Below are positions 63,861 through 64,000 of a stretch of 64,000 nt of DNA, in pieces. Positions within the stretch are counted from its first letter, which is position 1, and every line of letters begins with the position of its first letter. Under the pieces are notes generated by a model. The model was not told where the DNA came from. It made no database searches and saw only the letters and a program-made list of their open reading frames with translations. Where the stretch lies: positions 40,676-104,675 of the forward strand of contig JBIQIX010000001.1 in NCBI GenBank assembly GCA_044507815.1, in the 5' to 3' direction. This DNA is from Flavobacteriales bacterium (GTDB lineage Bacteria; Bacteroidota; Bacteroidia; Flavobacteriales_F; PHOS-HE28). The translations under genes and the position numbers were made by a program.

Positions 63861-63998
63861 TTGGATCCGGTAGCTGTTGGGGTTGTACACCTCAACCGCG
63901 ATCACCGCGGAAATGCCCTTGCCGTCGAAGCGGGTCAGCCGGGCATCGCGCACGCCCACCAGTTCCACTTCGCTGTAGCGCATGCAGCCCTGCAACAA
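63585..63998 (-). CDS. LEA type 2 (WHy-domain) lipoprotein, 5' end beyond the window
   Basis: LQGC lipobox, VEVYNPN.Y.I, L.LNG..LG. Confidence 0.82.
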   Translation of the reverse strand: MLQGCMRYSEVELVGVRDARLTRFDGKGISAVIAVEVYNPNSYRIQLSEPDVDLLLNGMPLGKAVMDSALVLVPNSTQVYQIPLHATVNPGTNWMPLLLGTAMGGTLHLQAKGTVLAKAKMVRKRFPFELEQDLDLR

Positions 63999-64000
63999 CA

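Overview
High-GC Bacteroidota chromosome segment, most likely Flavobacteriales. Lineage evidence: type IX secretion (T9SS) cargo and PorP genes, TAnnTT(T/C)G -7 promoter boxes, a trpS/plsC/gatC block and an HU-CCDC81/SPOR gene. About 55 densely packed CDSs. In order: the end of a Wzx/Wzy-type polysaccharide locus with five sulfotransferases; deoC; dprA; TonB receptor-kdsB; a T9SS-secreted multicopper-oxidase homologue missing two copper ligands; a PKD adhesin-TPR/PD40-PorP T9SS operon; a flavin disulfide-reductase homologue lacking its redox cysteines; an MbnP-MbnH-MbnH lipoprotein operon; separated addA and addB; a menaquinone cluster (menI/F/D/A/C/E, no menB or menH); trpS, plsC, gatC, kbl; yyaL. 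No rRNA, tRNA, CRISPR array or intact transposase was seen. The most unusual feature is a highly structured ~180-nt intergenic element (46980-47164) that resembles an IS110-family non-coding end but has no transposase nearby. A 49-aa zinc-ribbon protein (DUF5679-like) was found that the ORF track misses. All family calls come from motif recognition by eye; no searches were run.
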